A DNA stretch of 64,000 nt. Source: Eimeria praecox. Its lineage: Eukaryota. Made by a program: the position numbers and the translations under genes. The stretch is from contig OY986949.1 of NCBI GenBank assembly GCA_963920595.1, forward strand, positions 2,170,001-2,234,000, read 5' to 3'. Shown here piece by piece: positions 57,789-64,000 of the stretch; the first letter of the stretch is position 1; every line of letters begins with the position of its first letter. A model generated the notes under the pieces. The model saw only the letters and a program-made list of their open reading frames with translations. It did not search any database and had not been told where the DNA came from.

Positions 57789-60700
57789 CGTCGCAAAAGC
57801 ACATTTGCCCTGCTGTCAATGTGAGCGGATTTGGAGTTCCGCGGGAGTCTGAGCGAACACAAAAACCAGAAGCAACAGCTAAACCCTTCATGCAAGGCCA
57901 ACTAAATACTTCGGGCAGGCCATGCGACCATGCAACTGATGAATAACATTGTCGAGGTAGAAAGTATCCGACGGTACGTAGCGTGTGAGAGGTCATGCGA
58001 TGCCAAGGCACAGAATGGCCTGTGCACTTCAGAGTGTGTCCTACCGCTTCTGCGCACTTCTGCGGTTGATATCATGCATTGGGAAACTCAGAATCAAGAA
58101 TTTTGGGGACTTGAGCGTCCTCCTGGCTGGAGTATCGCTGCGTCTTCCAGGAATGGAAGACGTCGGCCGCCGGGGCACTTTGCGTCTTCCAGAATCAAAC
58201 ACCCACTTGAAGTGCAAATTATTACCCCAATTTCCCTTAAAGCTTTCGCTATTTTTGCACTCAGGGAGGATGCTAGCGCACGTTGCCAGTTGTCTCGAGG
58301 GGCATCTCACGGCCATGTGGGGCCCTCAAGCACCGCCGACTACTCCAGGCACAACGGTATACAGCGTCTCAGGTTGAACACAACCTGCGGAGAGCGCGCC
58401 TCATGCTTCAGCTTTTCCAAGAGGCATTCGGTTGCTAGGATGCAGATCTTGCAACATACATTTCTTTCAGCACTGAAACCGCAAGGACGCCTGCAGCAGC
58501 AGCCGCCTGTACTTGCAGGGCTTGTGTCCATAAGAGAGGAATTATTAGTAGTCAAGCGCCCGAATTAACAGAAATGGAATTTAGAGTAGGACATGGCTGG
58601 GGATGACCAGAAACCCGCAAAGCGCGCAAAAACTTACTGCTCAGCACTGTCTGTGAGCGTACCCTGGGGAACCCTTCACCATAACTCAGCAAGGCTTATT
58701 TGCGTATATTTATGGCTCTGCTGCGGTGCTACCGTGTTGTTCCTTCCATTTTGTGCCTGTCTCAGTAACTCACGCACAGTACGAGATTTGGAGGTCTGTA
58801 ACCCAGGGCGCACGGGGCAGGCTTACGCGCCTGCATGCCTGGTCATATAGTTCTAAGGAACCAGTGTGGGCGCTTCTCTGTATCAATCCTTTTTTTATTG
58901 TTATATTCAAGCTGGGGAAAATTGCCAAGCTGGTCATCGCAGATATACTACTGGCAGTCAAATATGTGTTCAACACTTGTCTGCGGTGCCGGTGCATGAA
59001 TCAAAAGGGGGAGCTGGCTTTACTCGCATATGGGTTCGCCTTGCAGAAGACGTTGCAGCAGGGAATGCTGCAGCTCATGGCAGACTGCCAACTTTCCACA
59101 CCAACCCCAGCCATTTGTGCCTCAAACCGACAAGAACTGTAGCTGCATGAAAGTAAAAAATGCTGTGGAAATTTCTACCCATCAGTTCCTTTAACGCCAC
59201 GCAACAGAGGAAACATTATTTTCACCTCTCCATGAATGCAGGGAAAAGCGCTTACTCAGAATGCGCATGCTTAAGAGCACGTGGTGAGCAAGCTGATGCT
59301 TACTCAGTAACTGAGCGAGGGTGCGTTCGCACTGTCGTTTGTCGCTGATGCATCTATCATGCCCTTGACTACGATTGTGCATTGTGGTGCACGTAAAGTG
59401 AAATGTAGACGCAAACAACCAACATTCGGCACTTCCGCAACGTATCTACGTTTCAGCGTTTCCATACGGGAAAGCGGGGGGGGTAGGGGGGGCGGGAGTT
59501 TGTGAAGTACAGCACGAGCACAAGCTGGGTACACGCAAGAGTCTGTTGTTTATGAAGCCTAAGAGACTGCTACTTGTAAGGCCCTTGCGGGCTCCTAGTG
59601 ATAAAATACCACCCGCCAAATGAGCTCACCAGCACGAAGGAATCCGCAAAACTAGACAAGTGTGAACGTGTAAGTGTTTGAGGCAGCTTGCACTTTCACT
59701 GCTGTTGAAAGTCTGCATGAAGGTGGAGGACTCTCTGAAGGTGTGACTGCAATCGCCTGAGCAAATAGGTGTGTTCTTCTGGAGTTTGTGGGTGCCGTTG
59801 TGCTTAAGGCGTCTGGCTGAACTGTTGCCAAATGCCCTCTGCAGCATGTCTTCCTGGGCATGCGTGCCGCTACCTTGTGTATAAGGCCAGGCCTAGCCCG
59901 TTCGAAAAGATGAACAGATGCAGGTAGGAACGCAGTTGGATGGACGCCTCTTGCCCGTGAACTACTTACTGCTTACCAAGAAATCTGAAGTCCGGGAAAC
60001 AAGAATTACTTACTCTGCAGCAGTGTTATTGAGCCGTAGTGCAATTTCAATCTTCCGCACAGTGCCTTTCTGCTTCTCAAGCAAAGCGTTGAGGTGAACC
60101 ACAACCGTCCATTACTGTTTCTGGCCTGCCTTGCCAGTGACGTTAAGGAGCAGGCATGCTTGCTGATGCCCTTCTTGGGAGTTCCAGCGTATTCGGAACG
60201 TCTGCTCTGCACCTGCTTCGGTGACAGAGCCGTTTTATTCGGTTATGGTGATACGGCGCCAAGCTTGGACAGGTCATGTGCCTTAGGGCGATGGTGACTA
60301 GCAAGCATGCGAAGTGCACGGAGCAGCTCGGAGCCTGGCCTTTGGCGTGAAGGGGCTTCAAGTAAGTGTACTTTCCCTACAAGCCTACGTCTGCAACGCG
60401 ACGACAGAATGAGTGCTCTTTCGTGAACCCAAATCTGCAGTGAGTCTTGCAATGCTCCCATATTGCGCGATGCGCCATGCTGCAGCAGTAGTTGCGTGTT
60501 ATCTTGAGAGCTGCGCAGAGAGGTAGATGGATTGAAAGGTACAGCTGTGAATTCGCATGGTGAAGCGGGGCAGGTACTTCAACATACAGTATCTTGCAAG
60601 CAGACCCAAACCGTGTTCTGTGAAAGCCCGGGGCTGTTTTGCTAGTCGTCGTACAATTCCTATTTGCACCAATAAGCGGCCACCTTCTACCAGTCCAAGC

Positions 60701-61781
60701 TACGAAGCCACCGACTCCTTAGGTATTTTGCGGGAAAGTGCGACAGCTGCCTCTGGAAGAAAGCTCCCCCCACCTTCGGATCCACTTCGGCAGCACAAAT
60801 TTGAAGGTACACACGGTGACCAACAGGAGCCCAAGCGCGAGGACCAGTAAGGTTGTGCATTTCCCAACTAGCAGCAATGGCGTGAGAGGATTTGCTTGTA
60901 CCCAGGACTTACGCATATTACCTTTTTACTACGCCTAACATTTTGCAGCAGCCTCAACAAAGCCAGCAAATAATTGCCAAAAAGCCCATTGGCCCAGTGT
61001 TGCAAAGCATACTGCTTTGGACCTACAACCAGTGTCGAACCCTAGTTAGCCTGGCAGTTCATCGTGGCCACCGTAGCTAGTCACACCAGACAGCTTGAGA
61101 GTGGAGGCAAACCCTGGCGACAAGCAAATGCTTCCATACAACCCTCACTCAGAGGGAGATGCAACATAAGGCTTGTAGCTCCGCGCAGCTTCCTTGTATT
61201 CATGGAAGTGCCGGGTTGGGGAGATTGAGGGGATACCGCTGGAAGTATGTTAAAAGCTCTTAGAACAAAATGCGTCATAAGACCATTCTACAATCATGTA
61301 GCGGCACAAAGGCGTCTGCCTTCCCTTCGCAACAATGTATGGTCCAAAACTTCGTTCCTCAGCAGGAAAAGCACCACAGGCTCTCCCAACACAGAGGGCA
61401 ACAAATATTGAAAGACTCCCCCTACCGGCAAGCAGGGGGTTAAACCGGGCAATTACAGCGGCCACAAGCTTGTACAGATTTTGTTCTGAAGCTCAGATGT
61501 TTCTCGGACTGCCCGTCCTTAGCTCACAAAAAATCAAGAGAATCCGTATGATTCCTAAAGAATGCATAGGGCGTCTGCTAACCCCTACATAACTAAAACT
61601 ACTCATGTTCTTTAGTTGGACCCAAGGCACTTATTCGAGTGGGTGTATCTCCGACGTGACCGCCAAAGATCAGCAAATGTACGCACTGTGGCTCGCCACG
61701 ACTAGCCGAGTGGTAGAGCAGTATGCTACGGGCGAATTGCCTTGCCATCGTGAACAAACATCGGAGCCTTCGAAACCGGTG

Positions 61782-64000
61782 TTACAGGTTCCTTTGTGCT
61801 GCTTCTCTCTCGACAGAAGCGAAAAAGTCATCTGCTGAGAAGGATGCTTCTACCTTTGATGCAGGGGATGGGGCACAAGGCCCCTTGCCCTCCTTCGAGC
61901 CCATTGCGCCTCCTCCCCTACTTACCGCCACTAATGGTTCCAGTGCTGCTGCCTGGAGGCGCATACTGCCAATTGAGTCGCTACTAACGACAGCCGTGTG
62001 AATTCCTGTAGAACCCCGCTGAGCGTCGCCCTGTACGGAACTCACGTGGACCCTGTGGCCCGCCGAGCTGCTGAAAATATCGTCTCCTTCAGGTGCAAAG
62101 GCCCCAACGGCGCTGCCCCCACAAGAAGGGCTTGAAGAATGATTCTGTGTTTCGAAGCCTGGTATAGCTTCCCACGCGTCTGCTGGAACCTCCATATCGT
62201 CGCCTGAAACGCAAACTCACTGCTTCTCAGCCTTCCCTGTGCTTAACGCCGCAATCTCCCTCTTACTGCCACCCGCTTACAGAATTCAGCTGAGTACATG
62301 AGCTGCGCGCAATCACTTCTACAGGCGCGGCAAGCATCACGAGTGCAATCTTGAGAATAGCATGAATTTCAGGCTACTCAGGCTAACCAGAGTGAAAAGT
62401 CGCTCACCCCAAGAATTTATGGGTTCGCGTGCATCCTTAAAGTCGTCTGTTGATCGGCTAGGGGGCGAGTTACACACAGGGGCTGGTGGTGGTTGAGGAG
62501 GCTGTGCAGGATGGCCAGGCCTACTCATTCCAGCGGGTAAATTCTCCCCTGCTGTTCCCAGAGGTGCAGTATGGTTGCTATCCCTCCTGCTTCTGTGCAA
62601 GGAAAGTTCTGCCGAGTCAGTCTGTCCCTTGCTGAATCCTGCGAAGCCAGACACGAAAATCAAGGTTTACAGCACCGATCCATTGAAAAAAGCTGTCGGC
62701 AAGTATGTGCTCCGTGTTGCTGAGCTCTACTAGCCTCGGCACGCACCTAAGGTTATTCCGAGGCTCTTCATCGATGCTAGCCAACCATCTGATGGCTTGC
62801 ACTTTTCCTGGTCGAGTTGGTGTGGATGTTCTGAAAAATCAGCAGGCTCCCGCAACGTCATAAAGGGTTGTCAATGCGTGGGGAAAATCGAAAGCACACC
62901 TTCAAAGTAAACTGTTTCAAGTGTGGAAACGTGACAGGTGCTCACCTGCTGCTCTTCGCTGGAGCAGTGGCTGCTGCTGCTCTTCCGCCCTTGCTTTCGC
63001 TGCAGCAGTAAGGGCATGGATGCAAGCAGGGGTTGAGGAGACAACTGCTGCTGACGGCGACAAAAAGCATGTGGAGGCAGCAGTAAGCAGAGTCACCAAG
63101 CCCGGCAATGGCAACAGGTCCGCACAATGGATGCTTGCCTGCACGGCAACACACAGGGAGGCACGACGAGATTCAAGATGCAAAAGGAAAACTACGCAAG
63201 CAAAAAAGGCAGGAACAACTCCACCCATATACTTAGTCTCGCGATGAGCACAGGTTGGGTATCGCCATAGTGCAGCAGATGCATTACCTCCAACCCAGCA
63301 AGTCGGATATTATCTTCTGGATCTCGAAGGGATGTAGAGAGGATGTCCACTAACAAAGGCGGAGGTCCGCGCGTACAGCTCCCTCCGATGCTCATTGCCG
63401 CCGCAGCCGCAGCGACGACAGCCTCAAGACGAACTCCCGCTGCAGCGTCTCGCAGTCGTTGCTCGAGCAGAGCAAACGCAGTAGTGGTCTACAGCGCCAA
63501 AGCCCCACAAGAAACAAGTTTTCACATTAATGGCATATACTGTTCTCTGGCGGCCATAAATTTTCCGGACTCATACTGAGTGTACACCTCGCCTACAGTG
63601 CCGCCTTAGTCCTGGTGCCCTGAGCCACTGGCTTGCAAAAAGCTGATCAGCTCCCTGGCTACTCCCGCGGGCTTTGCCGAGTCTCAGGATCCAACTCACC
63701 TGCGGCGCATCACGCGGCAAGCGTGAAACATAAAGTGACAGAATACGTGAAGTGAAGGCCCTAATGGGAGGCGCCGAGTCTTCAAGGCCAAGAGTCAATG
63801 ACGACCATGTGCGACCAAAAAACTCGTCAGGTAGCAAATTCTGCACTGCGGGTAGTTGGGAAAGCAAGGCGAATCTGATCAGCCACAGACGCACACAGGT
63901 CTGCACACAACAAATCGAAAAGGTCAAGACTTGAACCAGCCAAGCAAGAATCACACTTACCGGATGCCTCTATCCGAGTTGCCGAAAGCATGGGTCAGCA
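61782..64000 (-). CDS. Partial HEAT-repeat protein; the 5' end lies beyond the window and the 3' end is unresolved
   Basis: Spliced exons (one ending at 63700, the next starting at 63488) give three HEAT-like units: GLEDSAPPIRAF, RLRDAAAGVRLEAV and SLRDPEDNIRLAGLE. Confidence 0.55.

Noticed and set aside
57930..61780. Possible multi-exon gene on + from ATG 58593, or downstream exons of the HEAT gene on -
   Set aside because: Splice-like signals exist on both strands, but I could not build a phase-consistent model; RNA-seq is needed.
11175..64000. CDC45, TBP, HOP2 and the HEAT gene as a functional cluster
   Set aside because: They are interspersed with unrelated genes on both strands, with no evidence of co-regulation.

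Overview
Eukaryotic genomic DNA, almost certainly from an Eimeria species (Apicomplexa). This rests on dense CAG/CTG repeats, interstitial AAACCCT/AGGGTTT telomere-like arrays, TGCATGCA motifs and a clear Eimeria MIC2 orthologue. The window crosses from a repeat-rich segment (~1-27.4 kb) through a (TA)n-only transition (~27.4-36.5 kb) into a repeat-poor segment (~36.6-64 kb). By manual GT-AG splicing with phase checks I reconstructed an HflX/GTPBP6-like GTPase (9 exons), CDC45 (11 exons), a DHHC palmitoyltransferase (7 exons), TBP (3 exons), a COA3-like protein, HOP2 (6 exons) and MIC2 (4 exons). Also present are an intronless MRH-domain (ATG27/M6PR-like) receptor, a signal-peptide protein with a possibly degenerate RHD3/Sey1-like fold, a partial HEAT-repeat gene and hypothetical genes. 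Most short ORFs in the track are repeat artefacts. The most unusual signals are: (1) a dispersed palindromic TGT-N4-ACA element concentrated in the repeat-rich segment, including inside exons; (2) telomere-like arrays in inverted orientation at both ends of some introns; (3) telomere repeats translated inside an exon and supplying a stop codon; (4) a CTAG bias at array starts. All homology calls come from remembered motifs, not from database searches.
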